Origin: the human T2T-CHM13v2.0 reference genome, Homo sapiens
Strand: one strand, 5' to 3'
Length of the DNA stretch: 64,000 nt
NCBI RefSeq assembly: GCF_009914755.1
Contig: NC_060939.1
Shown here piece after piece: positions 10,507 to 25,163 of this stretch. Position numbers and translations under genes: made by a program. Every line of letters starts with the position of its first letter. Position 1 is the first letter of the stretch. The notes below the pieces were generated by a model, which did no database searches, had not been told where the DNA came from, and saw only the letters and a list, made by a program, of their open reading frames with translations.

Positions 10507-13500
10507 CCTGGGTTATAAACAGACCTCCGGCTGAATGTTAAGCACTTTAATGACTGAGAAGCTGGGGAGTATGGGGCAGCATCTTTCAATTGCTGCGCTG
10601 AAGTAAAAAGGCTGAGACAAGGACAGAAGGTGGGGAAGGTGAGTACTCTGAGGCACCCAAGCTGCATAGCACTGCTTGTGCTGGGATCACAAGGTGCCCA
10701 GATCATCCAAGGGGGGTACCAGGTATAGAGGGGAGAAGAAGACCCTAGAACAGGTCAGACAGTGCAGAGAATGAGGGCAGGCCCTGGCCAGGAGTCAGGG
10801 AGAGGCTGGGCCTCAAGGCATACTGCAGTGTCCAGCAAATCAAAAATCTGACAAGGGACTGGCCTACATCCCTACTCCCCATTCCATTCCTTTCTAGACC
10901 TAAAATCTCAACACAAACGGAATGTCTGATCACTTTAGCTATAAAAACACATAAAGCCATATTTTTCCCCCTTAAATCAGAAGCAAATGCTAAGGGAAAA
11001 GGACTTCGTGGCATGCAGAGAACAACAGGCACAACTATTGTCTCTGTCTCCTGGCAGTCTCCCCCAGACATCTGCAACCCCCACTGCAACAACCTCAGAC
11101 CAGAACAAGAGAGGGCTGGAAGGTCGGTGGGGAGCAGAGAGAAAAGAAAGCAAGGACTGAGAAATCCGGGGACAGGATAGATCAACGGAGAAAAGGGGAG
11201 GAAGTGAGAGGAAGCAGTTAGGTCTCAGAAGTTCCACCAGAAGCTACATGTGTGCATGGGAGAGGGAAAGGAGGGCAGGGGAGGTAGTGGAGAGAAATAT
11301 GAAGGTATGTCTTAAATAAATTTCCCTTTTAATTAGCATGAGGAAAAAGAGGAATCTACGTCTGGCTGGAGGGCACTGTACAAACAGGATGGCCCTTGTG
11401 CAAACTCAACTTCCTTCACCCCATTCTGGCAAAACATGGTCAGCTCTTTCTCAGCTTTGATAATTGTCCTAGGGAATAGTCTCCGCCAGGAGAGGTGGTG
11501 GGGAGACAGCCAGCAGGTTTCTATTAGCCAATAAGCGTCTCACAAAGGGGAAGGTGGTCGTGGGCACATGGAACTGAGTGTCGCAATCATCCTGCTGCCA
11601 CCATGCTGGAGCAGCTTAGAGATCCACCTGAGTGAGCCAGAGGCGAGCCGCAGGAAGGGTACTGCAGAGATGTTCATGCAAATGCAGGGTGATCCCCAGG
11701 TCCCTATACCAAGCAGCAAGGTGCCTCTGACAAATGTTGCTTAATATTTTTTAAGCAAATCAACAAACCCCAGCTGGACTGGGTGGAATATTACACAGCA
11801 GGATCCAGGACTGAACTGAGGAAAGGGAGCTAGAATTGATAACAGATGCCAACAGGCCTTCAACAGAGAGGGAAAAAACAGCCTTCAACAGAGAGGGAAG
11901 AAACAGCCTCCTCTGGTGTCAACCTGAAGTAAGGTTCTTTTGACTTCGAGGCTGCTCTGATGAAAAACGAGGACTCTTGGAGGTATTCAGAGCCAGCCTC
12001 CTGCCAAACAGCATACTTTGTCAAAGTGGAATTGATATTTGCAAGCTCAAGGCCCTTCTTGGAGAGCATCTTTTGCTCGAAATGGCTGCCTCGGAGTTCT
12101 CAACCGCTGAGGCAGCTCTACCTAGTCCTTCATTTCTTACCTTGACTGGGGCAACCAGCCGTTCCATAGCCACCTCTGGTGTGAAACCTATAAGGATTCT
12201 CTCTTTTTATTCTAGAAGGGGTCTGGGTCTCTGGCATGCTGAGCGGCCTTCAAAACCACAGAGGGCCTTCTTTGATGCCATGGATGAGTGGGTTCTGACC
12301 GTCCTTATGCCCAGCATCCAGGGATTTGCACTAGCTCTCTTCAGGTCACCTGGCACATGGCCTGGGCCCCCTGCAGAAGCCCTTGCCACACAGGATTAGG
12401 AAATAAGACAGACTGACCAGGGGACTGATTTGTGTTCCCTTACTCTCAAACAATTTCAAAAGGAAGACCAGTTTTCTCATTCTATACTCACATTTTTCCT
12501 GAAGAGGAAAGCAACAGGACTTGGGTTTTTGCAAGTGGGAGGGCATAAAATGCATTAACACCATAGAAGTGCCTCTAGAGGGCTTGGTAATTACAGCCTC
12601 AATGTGTTCTCTACCTTCTTAAAAGGGCAAATGGAACTTCTCCTTGGAGTGTCTCTTCCCTTGTTCTTGAGACATAAATCAGGATAAAGGTGTCGAGAAT
12701 GGTAAAACAAAAACAAAAACAAAAACAAAATTCAATGAAAAATCTGAAGCATCACTCATTTTGCGGTATTGTTCCATTTTTAAAATGACTGTTTAACATT
12801 TTTCCCCTTTTTTGGCATCTGATAGTACACATAAAATTCCAATCCTTTATTGCCCCCAAATTATTTATATATGCAATAGACCCAGAAAGAGAAGCAGAGG
12901 AAGTGAAGTGTGGTCCTCCGGCCATGACTTTTTGCCTTGGTTTTCCCAGCTATTAAAAGGGAGATATCATCATTCATTCAACAAGCATTTCTTGCGGACC
13001 CATTTTCCACGACAGAACCATCCAAACCAAGACACTTCTTCCTATTGTGGCAAAAATGAGCAACGTTAAAACTCCCCAGAATGCAGAGGTGACTCACGTG
13101 TTTATGTAAGTAAGCATTTAGATATGGCTTTGGAAAAGAAAACACACACCTAAAAGAGGCTACCAGCATTTGAATAAAGTGTGTAACCTGGGTGTTCAAA
13201 ACTGTACAACAGTTTCTGTGTACTTTAAGTCACTATCCTTCATACTTCTTCCCTTTAAATTCTATTTGAAACTAAATAATATCAACAATACTTTAAGTAA
13301 GATTATGCTGGTGTTACTGATGAAATTATATGCAGGTCTGCTTGGCCTGTTCTCATGCGTAAGCCTTTGATAACTTGTTCCTAGGTTATCCAGTTCTGCT
13401 TACCTGAGTACCCACTTTATCCCAGGAAACGAGACCTGAACACTGTGTCCTGGTTTCATCTTTCCAGTGAGCCAGGCCTTCTGAGGCATTAGCGGCTCAG

Positions 13501-14684
13501 CAAGACCATGGAGGTGAGAGAGGCACAGGCACACTCCAGATGCAGGGTCTCTGCCCTCTGTCAAGAGTCACACGGCAGAGAGGACAAGACTCCTGTCCCG
13601 GGGGAACTGTTTTTCCTTTTGCCCCACACCCCAGATATCTTCGTGACAGCCCCTGCCCTGAAAGCCCGGTGAGCGTCATGGCGGAGAAGCCAGCCTGTTT
13701 CCGATTATTCTGCCTGACAGGGACTATCTGCTGCTGTGTGCAGTTGTAGAAATGTCATAAGCTCAGGACTCAGGACACTTTGACGTCGAGTCCAACAGGA
13801 CCCATAGAGTCCCCCTGAACAATTCTCATCTGTGTGGGAAGCCTAAGGGGTGGTTTTAAGTAGGGGCTGGCAGGAGAGTGAGGTCTGGGCTGCTTCTTTA
13901 CGGCTCTTCAAGTGCCGGCCATTTCCTGGAGTTTCATGGGAGTCAAGACTTACTTTTGGCCTCAGACACAGTCAAGGATCATCCTGATGCAAAAAACAAA
14001 ATCACCTTTGAACCTCTTCCTCCACACCATCTTCCACTTTGGTTTTCCGCTATGCCTTTGTACTGGGGACAAAGACTATCCACGAATCCTTACTTTAAAA
14101 ACTGAGGCAGTGGCTCTGAATCATTCCCCCTTGGACACCCCCACACATCTGAACACCCTCGTGTCCCAACACCACATCTGCTGAAGTTGACTGGACCTGA
14201 AATGCTGGAGGCTCAGTGTTTTCGGAAACTGCGGAGAGTTCTCCTGCCACAATTCTCTTGTTGTCGTCAAAAGCAATTACATGTTTCAGATGATGAAAAG
14301 CACTGTCATGAAAAGCTGGCACAGCAGCCAAGGAGACAGATGTATTAAACCACACGGCTTCTCAGAACTCCCACTTACGTTGGAGCTCAGCACAGAGATG
14401 AGCATGGTGATATCCCCCCGTCTAACATCCTCCCATTTGGATTTAATGCATGAGGCTCGTTTCTGATGAGGTGCCAAATTCTTTCGGTGGACAAACACAA
14501 AGTTGCAGAATTCAGTGATCATACAAGTCCATGTCCTCAAACGAAAATAATAATACTATAAATGCAAAGATGCTACCATAAAAAATACAGTAGGTGGACT
14601 TTTGTGAGTCAACATAAAAAAATCCAGCATTTCTAACTGGTAGCATGAGGAGTACCAGTCTGCAGGATGTTAACGCACTGATAG

Positions 14685-15063
<379 letters not shown>

Positions 15064-15212
15064 CAAGTACTTCTTAACTGCAGGACTTCTCAGAGGCTTT
15101 TAATATGGTAATGAGTGCTGTGCAGTGAGATGACTCAAATCAATATATAGCCAACACGTTTGATATGACCACAGAACCCATTTCCCTGAACACTTTTTAT
15201 CACCTCCTAGAG

Positions 15213-15428
15213 CAGGGGTCAGAAAACTACTGCCCATGTGGTCTGATCTGGCCACTGCTTGTTTTCGTAAATTTTCACTGCCCACAGCCAACCTCATTTG
15301 TGTACATGCCGTCCATGGCTGCTTTCACACTGCAGCCGCAGCGATGAGTCATGAGACACGCACCCGTGGCTCACAAAGTCTAAAATATTTACTCTTTGGC
15401 CCTTTACGGAAAACGTGTACAAACTTTG
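15213..15428 (+). mobile_element. MER58A hAT-Charlie relic
   Basis: caggggtcagaaaactac...gttttcgtaaa...ctaaaatatttactctttggccctttacggaaaa. Confidence 0.85.
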
Positions 15429-15829
15429 TCCTCTGAAATATAGTTTGGGAACCTACTTCACTCATGATATCAATAATTCTAAAAAATTTCAAACAATTTT
15501 TAAAGTCAACATTGAGAAGTTTTCCATGGTTAGAATTTAATAATTACAGTCAATAACTCTCTTAAAGCATCGTGACAATAAAGTAGAAGGACACTGTGTA
15601 ATTCTATATGGTCTCTGTCTTCAGGGAGCTCCCAAGCTAGTTTGTGAAAAAGAGAACTCAAGGCACAAACAACTGGGGGGCAAGAGATGTTCTAAACACT
15701 AAGAGGAGGCAATATGGCATAGTAGAAAGAATGCAAGCATGTGTAAGAGTAAAACATACACAGGGCGCAGAGTCACAAGAGTCAGGGGTTGGTCTTGGCT
15801 GTGATACCTTCTCCTGCGATAAGAGTAAG

Positions 15830-16055
15830 ACCTGCTTTATTGAGCACTTACTATGTGCCAGGCACCATCCCAGTTGCTTTCCATGAAGGATTGCTCTTTA
15901 ATTCTTATCATAATGAATAGGTACTATTATTATCCCAGTTTATGGGTGAGGAAACCAAGTCTTAGGTTGACTAACTTATTAAAATAAAGCACATACCTAG
16001 TAGGTGGTGAACAAGAGCCAAAACAAGTCTGTTGGTCAGCTAACCACCACGTTAT
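15830..16055 (-). mobile_element. MIR SINE
   Basis: tttattgagcacttactatgtgccaggcac...taggtactattattatcccagtttatgggtgaggaaac. Confidence 0.8.
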
Positions 16056-18952
16056 AGTGGCTGCTGCTTAGGGGCAGCATATATCCTCTGCATTTCCCCA
16101 GAGGTGACAGAAGTAGTGGAGAGGGTAGTGCTCTCTAGGCTCTGACACACAGCCCATGTTTGCTGACTCAACAACCACACAACGTAATGCTATGGCACCT
16201 CAGGTGGCAGGGAGGGTATCGTGGGCTGGACTGATCTTCAGAAGGCTGCATCTGAGCAGGGTGTGGAAGGATGGCAGAAGGAAGAGGGGAGTGAGGCACT
16301 CAGGGTAGACAGAAGGTGATACTGCCACATCCTCCACTCAGAAGGAATCTGGAAGGTTTTGACAAATATGTACATTTTGGAGTGGGAACAGCAGAAAGTA
16401 GGGGCTGGCTACCTACTTTCCACTACCCCTATCCCCACTCCCCCTAGGGGGTGAGGCAGAGATAAGCACGCTTTGTGGGGCACACTGATCCACAAACTTG
16501 CAAGCCTGAGCTCCACTCAGCAGCAGCCTGGGCAGGATGAATGGTGGTGTGCAGGTGTTTGCGGCATGCATAGCTTCTCTTTCTCCTAGAGTCAATCCAG
16601 TGATCCCCTGCGAAAAGAATCCTCCACTTGACCTGAATGCTCTGTATTGGCACCTTCTGGACAGGAATCCTATCGGGTATTTCATCAAAGCATCCCACAG
16701 CAGTTTTAAGTGTGGCTCCATGAGAGTAAGACACCAGGACAGCTGTGCCACCTAGTGATGCTTGCCTGTACTGTCTGCATCCCAGAGAGTGGGAGAGGCT
16801 TCGGAAAGGACTGGTATTTGCTATTTTTGGCCAACACTTCTACATGCAAAGGAATCTGAAGTCTCCGCCTGGGCTTCAAAACATTTCTTGTGGCCTCACT
16901 GACCATTCCCGTGAGCCTCAGGGGACATGAGTGTCTTCAAGCTAAGAGGGAGCAGTCCAACTCTGCAGCACGAATTACCAAGGAACATACAACAGACACT
17001 TCCCCTCCTCCATTTCTGCCTTTCAGCAGAAAGGGAGGGTGCACCTCCCCTTACATCCTATTGTGGCTGCAATAACCTGCTTGCTTTCTTGTGCAGCCTG
17101 GAAGTCTTATGCACACAGCACCTGCTGCTTTCTAAACTAAATAGAAATGCTATCGTCTGCAGTCAGAAACAGAAAAGACAGAGGATGCCTGGTGAGGATC
17201 TGTCCTACATCCCAGAGTGCAAGAGTTAAAGGTGCTAACCATTAGTGTTATGTGGGTGCAGCTTATGCACACAGAGAATGATCAGTGTTTTCATTTAATA
17301 GGAACTCTCCTCCACTCCCAAACACAGCAGTGGAGGGAAAGGCCTTTTAAGCCTTATTAAGGTTGAGGAAAAACTCTGGTGAAATTATACTACATATTTT
17401 TGTTTCTTTCTCTATTTCAGATTCCTTGCAAGAGGTCCACTGGAAAGCTAGAATTCTAGAAGTCAGGATGGGAAAGCCTCATACGTAATGCTTTTGCTCC
17501 TTTGAATTACAGTTAACTCCAGTGGTGCCACTGACACTGCTTTCGCGTAGTGGTTCTAGTATCGTACGATGCTGATACAAGTAAGCTATGGCTATGTGTT
17601 TTCCGTAAGAAAGGAAAACATCACTCCAGGAGAGAAATGGAGGATGAATGATATTTATCAGATTGTAGCTTCTGAAAATGGATTTGCTTTACCAGATCAA
17701 AGACAGCCTGTTTCTACACATCACCAATTCTGTGGGAAACATTCCAGATATTCTGAGAGCGCATTTTGAGACTGAGTAGTTGGTTCCCTCACTGACTGTT
17801 TCTACTGTAAGTAATAGTATATTTCCATGCACTCTTGATTGGTATTATACAGTTCATCAATAAGACAAAAGCAGAAAAGAGGTACAAAGAGACCAACAGG
17901 GAAGAAAGACGCGAAGATGAAAACTTCAGCAGCATGCCACGTACAGTTGGCTTGGATGTACCCTGCACAAAAGTGTCCAGCCTGTACCTCGCTGACCTAG
18001 CTGTTCGCCGGTACAAGATTAAGGAAGTGACAGCTTTTCCTAATTCACTGAAAGTGCTTTGGGACTAAATTGTAGCACAGTATAAGTAAAGTATCCTAAG
18101 GGGAAAAGAAAACTCCATATTCATGATCCTTAATCTATTTTATTGATTAAAGATTTAGCCAAATACATCACTCCTGCTTTTGTCCCTGTAACAACCAATG
18201 CTGTGTTATCAGGAAGAGATAAAACCAGACCTGATCGGAGCTACTCAATCACTTGGTCCTGAATCACTCGCTTTTCACCCAAAGTCAACAGTCTTGATTC
18301 CTCATATTTTAAGGTGTTCATTGTAATGTACTGTTACTGTTTGCATACAGCTGTCAGCTGCAAAAACATTTTTTTTTTTGAACACAAAAATCAGGCTTTT
18401 GCCCCCCAACACCCACCCCCTTCCCGGGAGACTCCATGGTAGCCTACTGACTCACACTGACAAAAAGGACAAAGGCCCTGGGTTGTCTCTGCCGCCTGCC
18501 TGTCCAGATGTAATTAGGCCTCACACAGGTAACCCCTTGGGCAGCAGAGAAAGCTCAGCGAGAAGGCACGGGGTTGTGAATACAGTTTCACGATGATTTC
18601 CATGGCTGCCATGAAGGCTCTGATCAGCTACAAATGGGTGGATGCCAGGATGACCCTCCTGATTTCCTGGTCCCTCCTGGACCTGGATCTGGATCTGGAT
18701 CTGGTGTCCAGGGAAGAGCAAAGACCAGGAGAAAGAGGTAGAATCCCAGCAACAAAGCCTGGGTATGCGGTCTTTGAGAATGCCTCAAGAAAACAAATTC
18801 TTGCTTCTCCCTTTTCAAGGGGCTACAGGGAGACGACACAGCTGATGGGTATTTTTGTAGCCAGATATCAAGTAGTGTTAACGTTGGGCATAGGTTCAAA
18901 CAAATGTGCTCCGTTAAGAATCTACACAGCATGAAGAGTGTTTAGACTTCAT

Positions 18953-18976
18953 GATATATATATATATATATATATA
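18953..18976. repeat. (AT)n microsatellite
   Basis: Perfect short AT run. Confidence 0.9.
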
Positions 18977-19914
18977 AACATTCTTCAGGGAGGGTTTCCT
19001 TCAGAAAATTCAATACTCAAGGAAAAGGAGTTAGGGACAGTTTATTTTGGTTATTTTCTTTGTTTGTTTTCTCCAAAGCTATTTCTTGAAAAAGGAATCC
19101 TTTCAAAGTAAATAAAGGAATCCTTTCAAAGTAAAATAGACTACATTACATTTTTATCCCAAAGCTGCTGGGTGGTAGGTGTGACTTGGAAAACTGTAGT
19201 TTGTTTCAAGCAAATCCACTTGGATTGAGCATGAAGGAAAATAAAATTAAAGGATGATGACGAATAAATGGAAATGTTTAAGGATCACTTTGGCCAGCAT
19301 CTTCATACTTAATTGTTGCTTTTACATGTATGTAGTTTTTCCTGAACACAAGAGGAAACGTATGGTAATGTGAGGAACAGAAAGAATAAGATGGGAAACT
19401 AAACATTTGAAAAGAACTTTCATTTTCTGAAAAAAAAAAAAATGTTCTCCCATAGATGCAACAGAATTAATCTTCATTAGTTAGCACAGCTATACTCTTC
19501 TTCTTAAATGTCTCAAATGATACTGTGACTTCCCTTAGAGAGGAGGAAATCAGAGGACAGCAGGAATAATTAAGACAGTAGGGCTAGGGGCATAGCAACA
19601 GGATTGGAACCCAAAGCCCCTGGATTTCTCATCCTCACTGAGGCACAAGAAACATCAGGCCTTTTGATTTAGGCTCCAAGCAATAATTAGCATCTAATAA
19701 GGTCCCTTCAATGAGGATTTTTACATTTATTTCCTATCACTAGTATATTATTTTAGATACTCTAATTACTTTTGAGGTGCTGGTGGTATATGAATAATAT
19801 AGGTAAATGACACTACGAGACAAGGCACTGTTTGTAAATGGCCAAATTCTTTGGGCTGTACTAATCAAACAATGGTTGACTCTCCCTTTAACTTTCATCA
19901 TGCATTTAAAACAG

Positions 19915-20261
<347 letters not shown>

Positions 20262-21279
20262 TGAACTTATCTGGTTAAGTACAAGGTGCTAAAGGTGCCA
20301 CTTGACCATCCTAAGCCTCCTCTTCTTTTCCCCATTTCTCACTTTTTAAAAATTCGAATTTATTTTTTGGTGTAAAGCTTAATAGCATGGGTTTTAACAT
20401 TTTTGAGGGCTGCTTTTCATTCAGAATTTTCACCACTCTTCATCGCAGCAGTTCCTGGAGTAAGCATGGCTTCACTAAGGGACCGAGGCCACAGTGAGAA
20501 TTAATATTTATTTTTTGGCTAATGTTTACAGAGTGCCTTAAGCTGTTCAGCAAAAATCACTTATTTTCCCAAAGAAAACACACTCATCTCACTTCTCTAC
20601 CGTCTCTCCCGCCCCTACAATGCCTTGCAGGTGTGTCAGGTTCTTTAGGTGTTTTCGATGTTCAGGTCCTGTGCCAGGCCATTATTAGGCCCACCCTACA
20701 AAATGACTTTAGCAAAACGGAGGCTGCTTCAAAAATTCCAGCTGGTTTTTCAAAGTAATACTAAGCAAAAGTACACAGGCAGAAAAATGTGATCGTCCTG
20801 AACTTTTATCACACATCAAAATTTCCCTCCTATATTTTTAGAACCATTTCAGTGAAAAGTGTAGAATGGCATCGCTAATGTTTATAGGCAAAGAACAGAA
20901 TCATTAGGATTTGAGACACGTTTTCAGAAAAGTGCCTTTAAATAATTAACGTCATGACACTCTTCCTCAGTTCTTCATCCAGCAGAGTAAATGTCTCTTG
21001 ACAGGTAATAGTCCTTTATGTGAAGCAGTAACTCCAGTTTGGTCAAGGTAACTAGTGTTATTGAAAAGCATGCTTTAATTAAATGCAATGTCTTAGAAAA
21101 CCATGCTGTTTACAAGTAATAAACAACTCTTAAATATTCAATTAATCAGCTATCAACCCAAATTCATAAAAGACCCACATACTACTTCTATGCTTTAAAA
21201 AGGAAAAGAGACATATTAAGAATGAAAGCAGATTAAAGAAAAGAGCTAATCAAAAAATAAGAAACCAGGAAATGACATT

Positions 21280-21540
21280 GTCAATAGTGAGCACCCGTTT
21301 TGGAGTGTGCGCTATGAATTTGCTGGCTCCGACAGTAAGTATTCTTACATGGGCTTTCTCATTTAGCACTACCCTAAATCCTGTGAGGTGGTTATTAGCA
21401 TCCTTCCATTAGATGAAGAAGCTGAGGTTCAGAGACGTTAAGCATCTTGTCCAAAGGCAGTTGCTCTTAAATGGAAAAACTAAAATTCCTATCTGGAACT
21501 CTCTGAATCCCATGCTCCTTCCACTATTCACAGTGCCTCT
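21280..21540 (-). mobile_element. MIR SINE
   Basis: ccctaaatcctgtgaggtggttattagc...agatgaagaagctgaggttcagagacgttaagcatcttgtccaaag. Confidence 0.7.
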
Positions 21541-23169
21541 CAAACAGAAGAAAGTAAAAAAGGGGAGAAACTGAAGAAGTCAAAACCCAGGATTATTCAG
21601 AAGTACGGAATTAACCATATTTTGGGTAAATATGTGTTTTCCAGCCATTGGATCAACCATGATGTGATTCAAACTGGCTTTTATGAAAGCCAAAGATACC
21701 AGATGGACCATCCTTCAATCTGGTGTTTTTGTCATCTAAACATGGTTCTAGAAATCAAAACAAATAGAAACATGAAAAGCATTTTTTTAAAATATGGGAA
21801 ATCTCTATTCTAGAATAAAGGCAAAGAATGAAAAAATAATTATCAAAACCATTCCTAGAATAGACAGGGCCTATTTTAACATTTAAAAAGGCAGACACCC
21901 GTCCAGTTTCCTTCCGCAAATAGTCACCAATCACTACTTCTGCTGAGTACAGATAAAAATACCTGATGTGGTTTTCCAAAGGGCTTCTCACAGTATTTGG
22001 CCTATTCAACCTTTGCATCTGCCTTCCCTCTTGGCTCCTGACTTTTGTCAGCTGTACCATGAAAAGGCAATGCCTTTAATGATCTACATTTGACAAGACT
22101 GGAAATTAACCTTTTAGTGAATCTTTCACATTCAATGTGAAACAACAGAACCGGTGGTGATGTGACATTTTTGGTAGGTGCGTACCTCAAAGGCGCCTGC
22201 CTTCAAGATCTCCCTGAACACCCAAGGGTATCTCAGGCTGCCAGGTCTCCTTAGACTCGCCAGGCGAAGGGAGAGAGAGGAAGGGAGAGAGAGGAAGCCT
22301 GGGCAAGCTCTTGGAACATCTACATAAAATGAAGGTATTCAAAGCTGCTTCTATTTAGCTCCTATGCACTTCATTATACCTGGCTTTTTAATATTCTAGT
22401 ATAAAAGAGAAATACAGGAAAGAGTCAGAATATTGTTTCTTATTGTCAAGCCCCCCAATGCAGAAATACACAAACATTTGACTTTTATGCCCCACACTCA
22501 CACGTGATCTTTCTGCCAGCATTTCTGGGAATGATCATGTTTAGAATTTCTGCTGGGAAGGCAAGCGCCTTCAGCATTTCTTTAGATGTCATGAAGCATT
22601 TTTAAACTGAAAGCACATGAAATTTGGAGTCAGCTCATAACACTGACATGTCATAGTGAAAGTAACAACAAATACTTACTTGTCTCTAAGGTACCATCTT
22701 TCTTGCACCCCCACACTCAGTGTGTAATGACCACCTCTGAGACACAGACATCTATAGAAACTTCTTGTTTCTTTGTCTCTTTCGTTTCTCCTCAACACAG
22801 GGAAGCAAGGGGAGGAGAAACCATGGAAAAGTACTAGCCTTTGTACAGGGCCACCATCAAGATCCAGCACTTAACCCTGAGCACCCCACTCATACTTACT
22901 GGAGAGCAATGATAAATCTAAGTAGATGGCTTGAAACTCTAGGACTTCTAAAATCTCTCTCTTCATTCAGGAATCCATCCTCCTGGAAAAAAGACCACTA
23001 CGGATGGGGAAGTTTGAAGGACAGGCATTTAGACCTGAAAGGCATTTAAGAGGAGATTCAGCAAAAGATCCTGTGGGACTAAGGATTTTGCGAGTCATTC
23101 TTACATGAGTGTGGCTTGCTGCTGACTGAGTAGGATGTTTTCTGCTGCTCAGTCCTCGCCCCTTACAGG

Positions 23170-23790
23170 CTTGAGTAGTTGGGGAGGCCTCCTGAAAGAG
23201 GAAGGACTTTAATCAGACTGTGATGAGGGCAGGGGGTCCCCTGGTAGGGAGGGGAGCAAGAGCAAAGGAGGAGATAAGAACCCGCAAGGTGTTGTGAGAT
23301 TGTGAGGAAAAAGCACTAGTAGAAAGGTGACTTTTAGATGAGGGAAATATAGATCAGAAAGGCAGGGTGTCGCCAGGCAGAAGAAAGCTAGAGTTTTGGA
23401 GTTCTTCCATGGGGAGCTTCTGAGCCACTCTTGGCACCCTTAACCATTGGATGAGTGAATGTGCAGGCGGTGCCAGTTCAGGAGGAAGAAGGAAATGTTT
23501 TAGGGAACATTAATCTTACTACAGGGTCCTGGATAACTTTGAAGGAAGTCAGCTCAGGGGTGAAGAAATCAGCTTAGAAAGCAAGGAACTTAGCCCAAGT
23601 AGGAGGTATTAAGGCCCTGGGTTCAGGTCTGTGATAGAAGTAAGCAAAAGGGGTAATCTGAAGAATGTCAGGAAAGTTACAGACTAATTGAATATCAAAG
23701 GGTGAGTTGGGGAGGACAGAACAAAATTGCTGATAACTAAGCCTTTGTGCTGGAGTGAGAAGAAGAATGATGCCAGTGTTCACAGAGCCA
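23170..23790 (-). mobile_element. Degraded L2 fragment
   Basis: Purine-rich antisense L2-like blocks (gggaggcctcctgaaagagga; ctaagcctttgtgctggagtgaga..gaatgatgccagtgttcacagag). Confidence 0.5.
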
Positions 23791-25019
23791 GGGGATTCAG
23801 GAGACCCTCTGTCTAGGGCCTAGCACTTTGTATCTTAACCAGATAGAACACACTGTATCATCACACTGTATCATAACGTGGCAGTGCTGCTCATTCCACT
23901 GTAAACTAGGCAAGGACAACGTCTCTATGTTATCGGCCTTTCTATGTTTAAGCATCCAAAGCCCAATGCCTAACACAAAAGGGGTGGTCAGTAAATACCT
24001 GTTGTACGAGGCAGGTTTCATTTTGGAGGAAGATGAGGTAGTCATCTGTAAAATATGGTGAATTTACGTTGATAAAGCATTTCCACAGGCATGATAAATG
24101 TTGAAATTTTGGAGAGTGAGGTCATCTTTGATTTCTTCCTTAATTACTAACTACCTCTGCCATTCCTCTAATAGTGCACAAATACTCCTGCATCTTCCTC
24201 CTAATGTCTATCAGTCATGGCCTTTCCTTTCCAATGGGCAGAGGGATGTTACAGCTCTGAAGACAGATTATAGTCTCCTACAGAGAGTGCAGAGAGAAGA
24301 TAAGAAAGCCAGTGGCTGAGCCTCAGGGGATGCCCCTATGTAGGCAGAGGAGGAAAAAGAGGAATGTCATTCCCAGTTGCTGTAATAGAGTCAAAACAAC
24401 CAAGATCCTTGCCTACTGAGAGAAACATAAGATGTAGGCCAATGGGGCCATGTGTAGATGATCTCAGGTATCAGATGTTCACTGCACACCTTAGAGTGAT
24501 GTTTATTCAACTGTAGATAATATTTAATTGTTACTCTTTGAAAGATAGTTCACTTTAAGTTCCCTGAGTAGCATAGAGTTATTCAAATGTACCTATTTAT
24601 TACAAGACCATTGTATAAGGAATTATGAATGTTTCTGGAAGAATAGGGATTTGTAGAAATCTTCCTTGCTCCATACAAAATCTGCTTTGAGATACGTTAT
24701 TGCCATTTCTATCAACAGAATCTTTCCTCCCAGTAGGAAATTAGAGCCCAGGATTTCCTGCTATTTATGAGTTATAATAAAAGATTCTTCTTCTCAATTT
24801 TTTTTTAATGTGTCCTGTCCCTAAATAGGGCTCAGCCTGAAAGCTGGGAAAAGGACAGATGGTATCAAGGAGAAAAATGACAGTGAATTCAAAGTTCCCG
24901 TTTTGGCAGCCAATCACTCTAATCAAGAAAAAGGGATTTGGTTACTTTCAATAATAAAATAATTCTTAAAATGTAAAGGATGGAAAAAATGTAAAGGATG
25001 AATTAAAACAGTTCCACAC

Positions 25020-25163
25020 GAAGAAGAAGAAGAAGAAGAAGAAGAAGAAGAAGAAGAGGAAGAGGAAGAGGAAGAGGAAGAGGAAGAGGAAGAAGAAGAA
25101 GAAGAAGAAGAAGAAGAAGAAGAAGAAGAAGAAGAAGAAGAAGAAGAAGAAGAAGAAGAAGAA
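25020..25163 (+). repeat. (GAA)12(GAGGAA)6(GAA)24 interrupted trinucleotide repeat
   Basis: Counted directly; 144 nt of pure purine. Confidence 0.98.

Noticed and set aside
10212-10706. 164-aa minus-strand ORF
   Set aside because: Mostly antisense THE1 LTR; no known protein similarity that I can recognise
25020-25163. Identity with the FXN or FGF14 disease GAA loci
   Set aside because: The FXN repeat lies inside an Alu and this one does not; the flanks do not match what I recall of FGF14
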